DNA of 64,000 nucleotides from Chitinophagales bacterium. Lineage in GTDB: Bacteria > Bacteroidota > Bacteroidia > Chitinophagales > LD1. The notes below the pieces were generated by a model. The model saw only the letters and a program-made list of their open reading frames with translations. It ran no database searches and was not told where the DNA came from. Numbering within the stretch: the first letter of the stretch is position 1; each line of letters opens with the position of its first letter. Location of the stretch: NCBI GenBank assembly GCA_016787045.1, contig JAEUVA010000008.1:113743-177742 (forward strand). The letters run 5' to 3'. The position numbers and the translations under genes are program-made. Positions 38,192-48,139 of this stretch are shown here, piece by piece.

Positions 38192-38246
38192 CCCCTAACC
38201 TTCCCGACCCAAGTCGGGATGCTCTATCCAGTTAAGCTACGGGTGC
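38192..38246 (-). pseudogene. tRNA-like fragment C: exact 5' 27 nt of tRNA-Arg + 18-nt anticodon-less hairpin + start of variable/T region, then truncated
   Basis: 38220-38246 is identical to 38145-38171. Hairpin TCCCGAC-TTGG-GTCGGGA at 38202-38219. No T arm or 3' acceptor follows. Confidence 0.5.
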
Positions 38247-38328
38247 TTTTAAAAAGGAGCGCAAATATAGTTTTTAGTATCAAATTTGAAACCACTTCCC
38301 TTAATTTTTCATTTTTAGATTCGGGCGA

Positions 38329-40578
38329 ATGAAAGCATGGTTAACGATATGTAGTTTGTGGTTCACTGTTTTTAGTTATTCCCAAACAGATTTTACAATT
38401 TCAGGCAGGGTGGTCAACTCTATTGGCGAGCCATTAGAATCTGCTACTGTGCAGTTACTTAAACAAAAGCAGGGTGTACTAACCGATAGCTCCGGAAAGT
38501 TTTACTTCAACAACCTAATAGCAGGTAAATACATGATACGAGTAAGCTATGTGGGCTACGAAAACTACCAGACTGAGATAAATGTAGGGTTAGGACAAAG
38601 CTTGTTTATCTCTGTTTCACTACTGCCCTTAGATGCCCACCTAAACGAATTGGTAATAACCGGCTCGCAAAGAGAAGTGCGAAAAACCGAAAGCATCACC
38701 AATATAGACGTGTACACCACTAAACATTTTCAACGAAACCCCTATACTAATTTGCACGAATCGCTCAACATGATTCCGGGTTTGTTTGCTGATATAGATA
38801 ATGGAGTTTCCAATACATCAGACGTACAAATTAACGGCTTAGAAGGCAACTACACGATGTTTCTGATAGATGGTGTGCCGGCATTTGGTGCTTTGGCTGG
38901 TTATTATGCGCTTAACTCCATACCTATGGAAATGATAGATAAAATAGAGGTACTCAAAGGGTCAGCATCGGCAATGTATGGTTCAGAAGCCATTGCAGGT
39001 GTTATTAATATTAAAACAAAAAAAACCGCAACTGCTCCCAAACTAAGTGTAAACAGTATGCTCACCTCTATGTTAGAAACCAATACCGACATCACTGGAA
39101 GTTTCAGAGCCGGCAAGGCACATGCTTTGGTTAGCGCCAGCGGTAATTTTTTTAACTGGAAATGGGATTTGGATAAAGATAATTTTATGGATATGCCGCT
39201 GCTGAACCGTGCTAACTTCTACACTAAATTCGCTATCCCACATTCCAACAACCTTACAACCAATGTGTATGGGCGATATTTGTTTGAAAGCAGATATGGT
39301 GGAGAAATGCAATACAAACTTAACCGCAGAGGCAGTAGCGAAGTATATGGTGAAGCGCTAACTACTCATCAATGGCAAGTGGGAATAAACTCCCAACTTC
39401 CGCTTAAAATCCCCACTACATTAATGGCCGACCTTAGCCGCCATTGCCAGAGTGCAGACTTTGGAAATAAAAATTACCGGGGCGCACAAATGACTGTGTT
39501 TGCACAACTGCTTCAAAACAATACAGTGGATAAAACCAACAACTTGACCTATGGTGTTGCATACCGTATGTATCACTATACCGACAACTCACCACTATCT
39601 AACGATTCACTAAATCCCGTTCCTGCCTTATCACATATTGGCAGTTTATATTTTGAAGATGAAATGAATTTGCACCCGCAACATAAGTTAGTACTAGGAA
39701 GCCGATTTGAATACGGCAACATCAGTAAGTTTGTAGTATCACCACGAGTTAACTATAAATACAATACCAAAAACGGTAATAACATTCTGAGACTTGGAGC
39801 TGGTACCGGTTACCGAGCACCCAACTTACTTAACGAGGGCTTTGGCGCTCTCAATGGTTCGCGCAGTATTAGCATTGAAGAAAAACTACAACCCGAGAGT
39901 ACTATTAGCGCCAATGCCAATTACACCAGAATACAGAAACTTAAAAGCGCCATACTTACCATTGATGCCAATGTATTTTACACACGGTTTTTTAATATTA
40001 TAGAACCAGATTACAATGATGACCCTACATTAATTGTTTACGAAAACAACAAACTCGGAGCTACTGCTTGGGGATTCAACTTATACACTGAATTGAATTT
40101 TAGTTTTCCCCTAAAACTTGGAGTTGGGTTGAGCTATAACAATGTATTTGAAGTAGAGTTAGAAGATGACGGAGAAAAAGAATTGGAACAAGTACTGCAT
40201 GTGCCTCCATTCATGGCTAACTACTATTTGAGCTATACCTTCCCCGGCCCTCAGTTATCAATTGATTTCACTGGTAATATTGTTAGCCCTATGTTACTAT
40301 CGGTAGTTCCGGATGATTATCGCGATGAACGCTCCCCATGGTACACCATTCAAAACATACAGCTCACCAAAAAATTCAAAAGTGGGTTTGAACTTTATTT
40401 TGGGTTAAAAAATTTCTTCAACTTTATACAAAAAGATCCCATACTCAGGCCCTTTGACCCGTTCAACAATAATGTTGGAATTGATAATCCGAACAACTAT
40501 CGGTTTGATACTACTTATGGATTCACCTCTACACAAGGCATAAAAGCTTTTGCTGGATTTCGCTTCACCCTCCGCTAA
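38329..40578 (+). CDS. TonB-dependent receptor with N-terminal carboxypeptidase-regulatory-like domain
   Basis: 749 aa with signal peptide. ISGRVVNSIGEPLESATVQLL (CarboxypepD_reg), plug (IEVLKGSASAMYGSEAIAGVINI), beta-barrel remainder. Confidence 0.88.
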   Translation: MKAWLTICSLWFTVFSYSQTDFTISGRVVNSIGEPLESATVQLLKQKQGVLTDSSGKFYFNNLIAGKYMIRVSYVGYENYQTEINVGLGQSLFISVSLLPLDAHLNELVITGSQREVRKTESITNIDVYTTKHFQRNPYTNLHESLNMIPGLFADIDNGVSNTSDVQINGLEGNYTMFLIDGVPAFGALAGYYALNSIPMEMIDKIEVLKGSASAMYGSEAIAGVINIKTKKTATAPKLSVNSMLTSMLETNTDITGSFRAGKAHALVSASGNFFNWKWDLDKDNFMDMPLLNRANFYTKFAIPHSNNLTTNVYGRYLFESRYGGEMQYKLNRRGSSEVYGEALTTHQWQVGINSQLPLKIPTTLMADLSRHCQSADFGNKNYRGAQMTVFAQLLQNNTVDKTNNLTYGVAYRMYHYTDNSPLSNDSLNPVPALSHIGSLYFEDEMNLHPQHKLVLGSRFEYGNISKFVVSPRVNYKYNTKNGNNILRLGAGTGYRAPNLLNEGFGALNGSRSISIEEKLQPESTISANANYTRIQKLKSAILTIDANVFYTRFFNIIEPDYNDDPTLIVYENNKLGATAWGFNLYTELNFSFPLKLGVGLSYNNVFEVELEDDGEKELEQVLHVPPFMANYYLSYTFPGPQLSIDFTGNIVSPMLLSVVPDDYRDERSPWYTIQNIQLTKKFKSGFELYFGLKNFFNFIQKDPILRPFDPFNNNVGIDNPNNYRFDTTYGFTSTQGIKAFAGFRFTLR

Positions 40579-40643
40579 AATACGCATTTGCGCTACTTTC
40601 ATACATTTACACCGCACAGCACAACAGTGTTTTGTACCTTAAT

Positions 40644-41963
40644 ATGAGTTTCACCGTAGCTATTGTAGGAAGGCCAAACGTAGGCAAATCCACCCTTTTT
40701 AACCGTTTGATTGGCGAAAAAAAATCTATCACCGATGACCTTAGCGGTGTAACCCGAGACCGTATTTATGGCGAATGCGATTGGGGGAAACACAAGTTTA
40801 ATGTTATTGATACCGGTGGCTTTGTGCCCGATAGCTCCGATGTTTTTGAAAAACATATTCGCGAACAGGTGCTTATAGCCATGGAAGAAGCATCGCTGCT
40901 CTTGTTTGTAGTTGATGCCACTACCGGCATCACTGCTTTAGATGACGACTTTGCAAACCTGTTGCGCAAGTCACAGAAAAACGTTTTTCTGGTGGTGAAC
41001 AAGGTGGATAATTTTGACCGCAAAAATGAAGCAGCAGAGTTTTACAGTTTAGGTATGGAAAATATTTTTTTCATTGCATCTATGACTGGCTCCGGTACCG
41101 GTGAATTGTTAGATGCCGTAATTGAGCGCATACCCGAAGGCACCAGTTTAGATAATGAAGAAGAAGTAACCTCAGACATTCCAAAAGTATGCATAGTAGG
41201 GCAACCCAATGTAGGCAAAAGTTCTCTAGTAAACGCCCTTTTAGATGAAGACAGAAACATTGTAACAGAAATTGCCGGAACCACACGCGACTCTACCCAC
41301 TCTCATTACAATAAATTTGGCAAGCAACTCTTGCTCATAGATACAGCGGGTATTCGCAAACGAGCGCGCGTGCATGAAAACCTGGAATTTTACTCGGTGA
41401 TACGAGCGGTGAAAGCCATTGACGAATCAGATGTAGCTTTGATAGTGATTGATGCCACCAAAGGCATTACCCATCAGGATTTAACCATATACAAAATGGC
41501 TGTGCGCAAGCACAGGGGTATTGTAATTGCGGTAAACAAATGGGATTTGGTAGAAAAAGAAACCAATACTGCCCGCGATTTTGAGGCATTAATGAAAACA
41601 AAACTGGCACCGTTTAACGATGTGCCTATTGTGTTTATTTCAGCGCACGAAAAGCAACGCATATTTCGCATTATAGAAACTATCGAAATGGTGTTTGCGA
41701 ATATGAAGCGCAAAATACCTACTGCCAAGCTGAACGAAATTATGTTGCAATTAATTGCGCAGTACAGCCCACCGGCCATGGATGGTAAATTAGTTACAAT
41801 CAAGTTTGTAACGCAGCTACCTTCCAAGCATCCGGCATTTGCATTTTTCAGCAATCACCCAAAATACATCCGCGAATCGTACCGTAACTACTTAGAAAAC
41901 AAATTGCGCGAGCACTTTGATTTTAAAGGTGTGCCTATCAATATTTTCTTCCGAGAGAAATAA
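40644..41963 (+). CDS. der: ribosome biogenesis GTPase Der (EngA)
   Basis: Two GTPase domains (GRPNVGKST, GQPNVGKSS; DTGG / DTAG; NKVD / NKWD) plus KH-like C-terminus. Start at ATG 40644. Confidence 0.93.
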   Translation: MSFTVAIVGRPNVGKSTLFNRLIGEKKSITDDLSGVTRDRIYGECDWGKHKFNVIDTGGFVPDSSDVFEKHIREQVLIAMEEASLLLFVVDATTGITALDDDFANLLRKSQKNVFLVVNKVDNFDRKNEAAEFYSLGMENIFFIASMTGSGTGELLDAVIERIPEGTSLDNEEEVTSDIPKVCIVGQPNVGKSSLVNALLDEDRNIVTEIAGTTRDSTHSHYNKFGKQLLLIDTAGIRKRARVHENLEFYSVIRAVKAIDESDVALIVIDATKGITHQDLTIYKMAVRKHRGIVIAVNKWDLVEKETNTARDFEALMKTKLAPFNDVPIVFISAHEKQRIFRIIETIEMVFANMKRKIPTAKLNEIMLQLIAQYSPPAMDGKLVTIKFVTQLPSKHPAFAFFSNHPKYIRESYRNYLENKLREHFDFKGVPINIFFREK

Positions 41964-42093
41964 TAAACTGTACCCAATGCTATACAGTGTTGATAACCAA
42001 CCCTCTTATTTTTAAGAAATATTTGGAAATACGAAAAAGCAAATTTTTATTTGCGCCCGTCAATTTATTAACCAAACCAAAAACCAAAACAAA

Positions 42094-42288
42094 ATGAAAA
42101 AAGTATTTTTCGCTTTGACTGCACTTACAGTGCTCGCTCTTGCTTCTTGCAACAACAAACCGGCTGAACCAGCTGTAGAAGAGAATGCTGCTCCTGCAAC
42201 TGAACAAGTAGAAGCTACTGCTCCAGCTACTGAAACTGCTCCAGCAACTGGCGACTCTACTGCCGCTGCTGCTCCTGCTGCTCAATAG
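42094..42288 (+). CDS. small lipoprotein with low-complexity A/P/T/E-rich tail
   Basis: 64 aa. Lipobox LALASC, followed by a strong terminator. Preferred over the antisense low-complexity ORF 41980-42285. Confidence 0.5.
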   Translation: MKKVFFALTALTVLALASCNNKPAEPAVEENAAPATEQVEATAPATETAPATGDSTAAAAPAAQ

Positions 42289-42309
42289 TTAAGGCAATAA
42301 GGAACTAAC

Positions 42310-42339
42310 AAAAAGCCACCTCAATTGAGGTGGCTTTTG
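42310..42339. terminator. bidirectional Rho-independent terminator between convergent genes
   Basis: agccacctc (42314-42322) / aatt / gaggtggct (42327-42335), flanked by AAAA and TTTT. Confidence 0.7.
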
Positions 42340-42352
42340 CTTTATATATGCT

Positions 42353-45300
42353 CTAGAAGGTTCTACCTATAGCAACCACCCATCTAAAATCAATATGTTT
42401 TTGGCTGGCGTAAGGAGAATGCGATACAAAGAACGGAACATCAAAACGTAGCGCTATAGGTTTTATGTTTTGTAGCACTCCCCACTTTTTGATAGTGAGT
42501 GTAGCGCCAATTCCGGCATCGGCCCGTACTGAACTCCATTGCTGCCTCCCGGCTGTGTTGCTGTAGGAAATAGTACCCGCATCCATAAACAGATATGTGT
42601 TGAGTGCAAAAATGTCTTTTAGCTTTTGCTTCCTTACTTTTACTATCCGATTAAAATCTAACTCAGCATTGATAGCCGCACCGCTGTTTCCTTTGTAGGC
42701 AGCTACTACAAATCCATACTTGTCTTTTTCAGCCAACAAATAACCACTGTAACCGCGCATGTTTAAGCCACCGGCAAAATGTAAATGGCCAATGTTATCA
42801 GTGTAACGATTAGCCATACTGGCCGGCACAAAACCGGCAGCACGATAGTATTTGCTATCCATCATTTCCTCTGCGTTTCCACCGGCAAAATACAATGCAC
42901 TTTCGGTGGGCACATCGTTACCAGTACCATAACGGGCAAATACCCTCGTGCGCAAATCAAATTTCCAGAAACTGGTACGCAGTACATTGGCTAGTGTAAT
43001 GTAGTTGTAGTTAAAAGAGTTTGATACCAACCCACTGCGCAAGTGTACCAAAACAAATCCGCTGAGGTTTTGCTTGCTGTAGTTGTAGGTGGCAGAAACA
43101 TTTAGCGATGCGTTAAATTTTTTATTGGAAGTCCATATAGTACTCCATTCTTCAGGATAAAGCAGATAATTTCTCCATTCCTCTTTATTGCGGGTAAATG
43201 CTTTGATATGAACATCAACGAATATGTTTTGGGGAAAATTTTTTGTTATGCCGGTTTTATACATTTCATAACCATCCAACCAGCGGCTTTGAAAATAAAA
43301 AGTACCTCGCTTAATCACCTTGTCAATGGCTGTGCTGTAGCTAAAATTGTAACTCAGATAACCGGCTTTTTTGAGCAATTCATTACTCAAATAGTATCTG
43401 CTTCTGCCTTGTAATAAATGGGAGTTTAACCAAACTGTAAGAGAGAAATTATGCTTTACATACATGTAATTTCCTTCGGCATGAATACCAAATTTAAATC
43501 CATCGTAGGCATTCCACCAAATATCGGGGCGCATGTAAATGCGGTACTTTTTCCATGAGGGAAACGGATAAATGTGCGAGTCAAAACGAATCTCTACTTG
43601 CTGCCTTTTACGGTTGTCCAATATATTAATATCGGCCAAACGCTCACTGGGGTCTATTAGTACATCCTTAATACCTGTAGGGATATTAACTTTGGCAATA
43701 TACTTGGGTTGAAGTTTATCCCAACCATACCATTTAGTCAAAGTTACCGCAGATGAGTTGTTATGAGAAGTACTTCCTTGCAATTTTCCATCATCTAATT
43801 TTCCGCTTCCGGCTTCTAACTTATTGAACCAAGTATTAGGTATGTAGTAATCATAAACCTGGCCATTGTGGGCAATCACCCTCAAATCAATGGGCATTTG
43901 CATACGCCCCTTACGCTTAATAGTTATTTCATATTCGTCTTTAAATTGCCCTTTTTTAATTCTGCCAATTTTGTAATCAATATTCTTGGTGGTTTCCATC
44001 CATTGGTCAAAAAACCAATTGAGGTCTATATGTGTAAACCGGATAATACTGTTTCTAAAATCTTCGGGGTAAGGGTGAGCAAACTTCCATTGCCAAACGT
44101 AATTTTTCATTGATGCGCTGAACAACGAATCGCCCAATACATACTGTAAATTGTAAAGCATGGTAGATGTTTTGGCATACACATGCCGGTAGCCGCCACC
44201 TTGCCCCAGCGCACCATTAAACCCATCGCTGTGGGTATTAAGCGGCTCATCATTGTAAATGATAGCATCGCTTAAATAGCTATAATAACATTTGTTGTCG
44301 CGCACGTTTGTAGGTTCAAAAAAACGCTTGTAGTACCAATGTGTTTTGGGGCCAAAATTGTAGGGTATGGTATCGCCATCTATGGCTTCTAAGCCCCAAG
44401 AAGTAAGAAATTGTGTAAACCCCTCGTCTAACATAGCGCGGTAGGTTTCGTTGTTGCCAATCATTCCATAAAACCAGTTATGGCCCACCTCATGCACCAG
44501 CAAACCGCGGTATTCCTTATCGCGACCGCCATCTAAAGTAAGCATGGGGTACTCCATACCATCTTGCGCATCGGCAACAACTATTTTAGGATACTCAAAC
44601 GCGCCAAAATCGCGACTAAACACTGTAATGATTTTTGCCAAATATTCAGCTGCATTTTGCCAGCCACTGGCATGTGGTTCTTGTACTATAGCTACACACC
44701 GCACTCCCGCGCCATTTAGCCGACCCGGATAGATAATAGTATCGTGGATGCGATAAGTAGGATCAGCTGTAAATGCAAAATCATGTACATTTTCTGCGTG
44801 ATAAACCCAGGTTTTTTTATCTCCTTTTTTGTAAGGAATAATTACTGATGGAACTGTGTCCCACTTAGTATCTTTAAAATTGCGGAGGTCTAATTTTTGC
44901 TTGAGTGTATCGGGTAGTACTTCTGCTTCATTTTGCAAAACACCGGTGGCCTCCACTATATAGTTAGAAGCAAAAGTAAGCTCTACATCAAACGTACCGA
45001 AATCGCCATAAAACTCGCGGTTAAGGTGTTGATCGGTATTCCAGCCACTTTTGCGGTCATATACACATATTTTTGGATACCACTGACAACCATTGTAGTG
45101 ATTAAATTTCCCTGCTTTATACTTTTTCATACGCCTGCGGGTACTGCCATTATCATAGAACGTGCGAAACCGGACAAACAATTTTACTGACGAGTTGGGA
45201 GGTAACGGATCATTTAAAAATACTTTTAAAATAGTGTTATCAGTTACTGTTTTAAGTGTTTTGCCATTAGCTTTTAACTCATCAATCAAAGTTCCAAGGC

Positions 45301-45667
45301 GGGCATTTTCGTTTTTACCATAGTTTGGGTGTGCATCATTGTGGTATTGCAAATCATCTAAATAAGAGCCGGGCTGAAACGCATTTTGGTACAAATGGAA
45401 ATAAACAAAGTGAAGTGTATCGGGCGAGTTATTGAAGTAAGTGAGCTCTTCATCACCGGTAATCACATCGGTGGTTTCATCCACTTGTGCTTTAATTTGA
45501 TAGTGTACATCTTGCTGCCAGTAACCTGCAAAGGGCATTTTATTTTTCCAATACAGTGGGTTTGAAGTTGAGCGAAAATTATTTTCTGGGCCGCTATCGT
45601 TGTATTTTACCTGAGCACTTACTTTCGCCAACACCATTACTAAAAAAAACATATACGTGTACTTCAT
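42353..45667 (-). CDS. M1 family metallopeptidase with large beta-barrel-like C-terminal half
   Basis: 1104 aa with signal peptide. GMEYP (GxMEN-like) and HEVGH-X18-E zinc motif (HEVGH at 44480-44494). The C-terminal ~450 aa show an alternating-hydrophobic pattern and end ...FRWVVAIGRTF. Confidence 0.85.
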   Translation of the reverse strand: MKYTYMFFLVMVLAKVSAQVKYNDSGPENNFRSTSNPLYWKNKMPFAGYWQQDVHYQIKAQVDETTDVITGDEELTYFNNSPDTLHFVYFHLYQNAFQPGSYLDDLQYHNDAHPNYGKNENARLGTLIDELKANGKTLKTVTDNTILKVFLNDPLPPNSSVKLFVRFRTFYDNGSTRRRMKKYKAGKFNHYNGCQWYPKICVYDRKSGWNTDQHLNREFYGDFGTFDVELTFASNYIVEATGVLQNEAEVLPDTLKQKLDLRNFKDTKWDTVPSVIIPYKKGDKKTWVYHAENVHDFAFTADPTYRIHDTIIYPGRLNGAGVRCVAIVQEPHASGWQNAAEYLAKIITVFSRDFGAFEYPKIVVADAQDGMEYPMLTLDGGRDKEYRGLLVHEVGHNWFYGMIGNNETYRAMLDEGFTQFLTSWGLEAIDGDTIPYNFGPKTHWYYKRFFEPTNVRDNKCYYSYLSDAIIYNDEPLNTHSDGFNGALGQGGGYRHVYAKTSTMLYNLQYVLGDSLFSASMKNYVWQWKFAHPYPEDFRNSIIRFTHIDLNWFFDQWMETTKNIDYKIGRIKKGQFKDEYEITIKRKGRMQMPIDLRVIAHNGQVYDYYIPNTWFNKLEAGSGKLDDGKLQGSTSHNNSSAVTLTKWYGWDKLQPKYIAKVNIPTGIKDVLIDPSERLADINILDNRKRQQVEIRFDSHIYPFPSWKKYRIYMRPDIWWNAYDGFKFGIHAEGNYMYVKHNFSLTVWLNSHLLQGRSRYYLSNELLKKAGYLSYNFSYSTAIDKVIKRGTFYFQSRWLDGYEMYKTGITKNFPQNIFVDVHIKAFTRNKEEWRNYLLYPEEWSTIWTSNKKFNASLNVSATYNYSKQNLSGFVLVHLRSGLVSNSFNYNYITLANVLRTSFWKFDLRTRVFARYGTGNDVPTESALYFAGGNAEEMMDSKYYRAAGFVPASMANRYTDNIGHLHFAGGLNMRGYSGYLLAEKDKYGFVVAAYKGNSGAAINAELDFNRIVKVRKQKLKDIFALNTYLFMDAGTISYSNTAGRQQWSSVRADAGIGATLTIKKWGVLQNIKPIALRFDVPFFVSHSPYASQKHIDFRWVVAIGRTF

Positions 45668-45714
45668 CTGTGCAAACTTGAAAAAAGTTCTCTTTTATTT
45701 GTACTTATTGGAAT

Positions 45715-46830
45715 ATGGGCGAAAGTAACAATGAATGGCTCTATAGAATTGGCCTTACAATGATAAATGGCGTAGGGCCGGTGTTGGCCAAAAACCTATT
45801 GGCCTATTGCGGAAGTGCTGAAAAAGTTTTTACAACACCAAAATCAAAATTAGAAAAAGTACCGGGCATAGGTGCTGAGCGGGCAGCAAAAATTGCCGGT
45901 GCAGAGGCACTGCTACTTGCAGAGCAAGAATTGAAGTTTGTAGAAAAACATCAGATTCAACCTCTCTTTTTTGCAGCCACCAACTACCCTACCAGATTAT
46001 TGGATTGCACAGATGCCCCACTGCTACTGTATTACAAGGGCAATGCAAATCTAAATGCCGATAAGGTGGTAGCTATAGTTGGTACCCGTAGAGCCACCGA
46101 ATACGGCAAAGAGCAAACCAAAAGGATGATAGCGGAACTTGCAGCGCAAAATGTGCTGGTGCTCAGCGGACTTGCGTTTGGTATTGATACTGTGGCTCAT
46201 TCGGCTTCTGTAGATGCAAACTTGCCCACCGTTGGAGTTTTAGGGCATGGATTAAACACTATCTACCCCAATCAAAATAGAGCTTTGGCAAAACGTATGT
46301 TAGAAAATGGTGGTTTACTAACCGAGTACACCTCAACAGATATAATGCGCCCCGAAAATTTTGCTGATAGAAACCGGGTGGTGGCCGGCATGAGCGATTG
46401 TGTGGTGGTTATTGAATCGGCCACCGATGGTGGTGCTTTAATTACCGCCAACATTGCTCACTCCTACAATCGCGATGTTTTTGCGCTGCCGGGTAGAGTA
46501 AATGACAAGTTCAGTAAAGGTTGCCACTCACTTATACGCACCAACCGAGCGGCTTTGGTTGAAAGTGGTACCGATGTGATTGAAGCCATGAACTGGCAAA
46601 CAAATTTAGAAACCAAAACTCATAAACATCAACAGCAGAAATTAGCACTACAACTTAGCGATGAAGAAAAATTGGTACACAACGTGCTCTCCAAAAATGA
46701 TGAAACTCATATAGATGTTTTGGCCGATGAAGCAAAAATAAATAGTAGCGTTTTAGCCGCCATTTTATTAGAAATGGAAATGAATGGTTTAATCAATTCA
46801 CTCCCCGGTAAAAGATTTAAGTTAGCGTGA
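45715..46830 (+). CDS. dprA: DNA-processing protein DprA
   Basis: 371 aa. VAIVGTRRAT.YG, SGLAFGID..AH and GGALITA motifs, plus C-terminal winged-helix-like region. Confidence 0.9.
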   Translation: MGESNNEWLYRIGLTMINGVGPVLAKNLLAYCGSAEKVFTTPKSKLEKVPGIGAERAAKIAGAEALLLAEQELKFVEKHQIQPLFFAATNYPTRLLDCTDAPLLLYYKGNANLNADKVVAIVGTRRATEYGKEQTKRMIAELAAQNVLVLSGLAFGIDTVAHSASVDANLPTVGVLGHGLNTIYPNQNRALAKRMLENGGLLTEYTSTDIMRPENFADRNRVVAGMSDCVVVIESATDGGALITANIAHSYNRDVFALPGRVNDKFSKGCHSLIRTNRAALVESGTDVIEAMNWQTNLETKTHKHQQQKLALQLSDEEKLVHNVLSKNDETHIDVLADEAKINSSVLAAILLEMEMNGLINSLPGKRFKLA

Positions 46831-46832
46831 GT

Positions 46833-48065
46833 ATGGCAGCAAAATCAATTCTACTTACAAATATTTCTAAGTTGTGTGGTATTAGAAATGCAGATGTAAA
46901 ATATGTGGCAGGCCAAGCTATGAGTGTGTTGCCGCAGATTGAAAGTGCATTTCTGCTTATAGAAGATGGGCATATTGCCTCTTTTGGAGAAATGGCCAAT
47001 ACCCCCGAAAGAGCAGATGAGGTAATTGACGCTACCGATAAATTTGTATTACCGGCCTGGTGCGATTCGCATACGCACTTAGTGTTTGCCGGCAGCCGCG
47101 AAAATGAGTTTGCCGACCGAATAAAAGGGCTCACCTACCAAGAAATAGCTGCACGCGGAGGAGGCATTCTCAACTCAGCAAAAAAGCTGAATGAAACCCC
47201 CGAAGAAAAACTGTTGGAAGATGCGCTGATGCGACTAGAAGAAATACAACAATACGGCACCGGTGCGGTAGAGATTAAAAGCGGCTATGGTCTTACTTAT
47301 GAAGGTGAGTTGAAAATGCTAAGAGTAATAAAGCGATTGAAAGAAATCTCTTCGCTCACCATCAAAGCCACTTTTTTGGGTGCGCATGCTTACCCATTAG
47401 CGTATCAAAGCAATCACCAGGAATATTTGAATTTGCTTATTCAAAAAATGCTACCTCAAATAGCCGATGAAGGTTTAGCTGATTTTATAGATGTCTTTTG
47501 CGAACACAACTATTTTAGTGTGGCCGAGATGGAGCAAGTTTTAGAAGCCGGAGCAAAGTATGGGTTGCCGGGAAAAGTACACGTCAACCAGTTTAATGTG
47601 TTGGGTGGTGTAGCAGCAGCAATAAAACACAATTGCAAAAGTGTTGACCATCTTGAACTAATCAATGATGAAGATATTGCAGCACTACACAGCAGCCATA
47701 CAATGCCAGTAGCATTACCCGGGTGCAGCATGTTTATTAAAATACCCTACACTCCTGCTCGCAAACTAATTGATGCCGGTCTGCCGGTTGCATTAGCTAC
47801 TGACTACAACCCCGGCTCTGCTCCAAGCGGCAATATGAATCTGGTTAACTCATTGGCCTGTATCAACATGAACATGAGCCCGGAAGAAGTCATCAACAGT
47901 TCTACCATTAACGGAGCGTATGCTATGGCTGTAGAGGAACCTCTAGGCACAATCACCATCGGCAAAAAAGCAAATTTGATAATCACCAAACCAATCAACA
48001 GCATTGCAGCTATGCCGTACTATTTTGGCAGCAATCCAGTGGATAGAGCGCTATTGTTTAAGTAA
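46833..48065 (+). CDS. hutI: imidazolonepropionase
   Basis: Amidohydrolase motifs (DSHTHLVFAG, ...GGGI...; VHVNQF; ATDYNPGS). ATG 46833 preferred over GTG 46827, which overlaps the dprA stop. Confidence 0.88.
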   Translation: MAAKSILLTNISKLCGIRNADVKYVAGQAMSVLPQIESAFLLIEDGHIASFGEMANTPERADEVIDATDKFVLPAWCDSHTHLVFAGSRENEFADRIKGLTYQEIAARGGGILNSAKKLNETPEEKLLEDALMRLEEIQQYGTGAVEIKSGYGLTYEGELKMLRVIKRLKEISSLTIKATFLGAHAYPLAYQSNHQEYLNLLIQKMLPQIADEGLADFIDVFCEHNYFSVAEMEQVLEAGAKYGLPGKVHVNQFNVLGGVAAAIKHNCKSVDHLELINDEDIAALHSSHTMPVALPGCSMFIKIPYTPARKLIDAGLPVALATDYNPGSAPSGNMNLVNSLACINMNMSPEEVINSSTINGAYAMAVEEPLGTITIGKKANLIITKPINSIAAMPYYFGSNPVDRALLFK

Positions 48066-48139
48066 TGTGAAAGCATGTTAATCCGCCAAACTAAACATCT
48101 TAAACAGGCATTTGTTACGTATGTAATCAAAACAAAATT

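Noticed and set aside
37900-38330. tRNA-targeted integration of a mobile element (att-site duplication)
   Set aside because: No integrase, excisionase or cargo lies between or beside the partial tRNA copies, and the pieces are only tens of bp apart. The duplication is kept as an unexplained finding rather than called a mobile element.
37931-38332. ORFs 37931-38143 (-), 37944-38132 (+) and 38129-38332 (+)
   Set aside because: They read through the tRNA-Arg gene, its duplicated halves and the terminators. The internally duplicated peptide sequence simply mirrors the 105-bp DNA repeat.
41980-42285. 101-aa minus-strand ORF rich in Ser/Trp/Cys
   Set aside because: It is antisense to a 64-aa plus-strand ORF that has a proper lipoprotein signal (LALASC) and is followed by a strong terminator. 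The minus-strand product is low-complexity with no start context.
46827-46833. dprA-hutI stop/start overlap as a sign of functional coupling
   Set aside because: The overlap depends on using GTG 46827, and ATG 46833 is an equally good start. The two functions are unrelated, and no other hut genes are present in the window.
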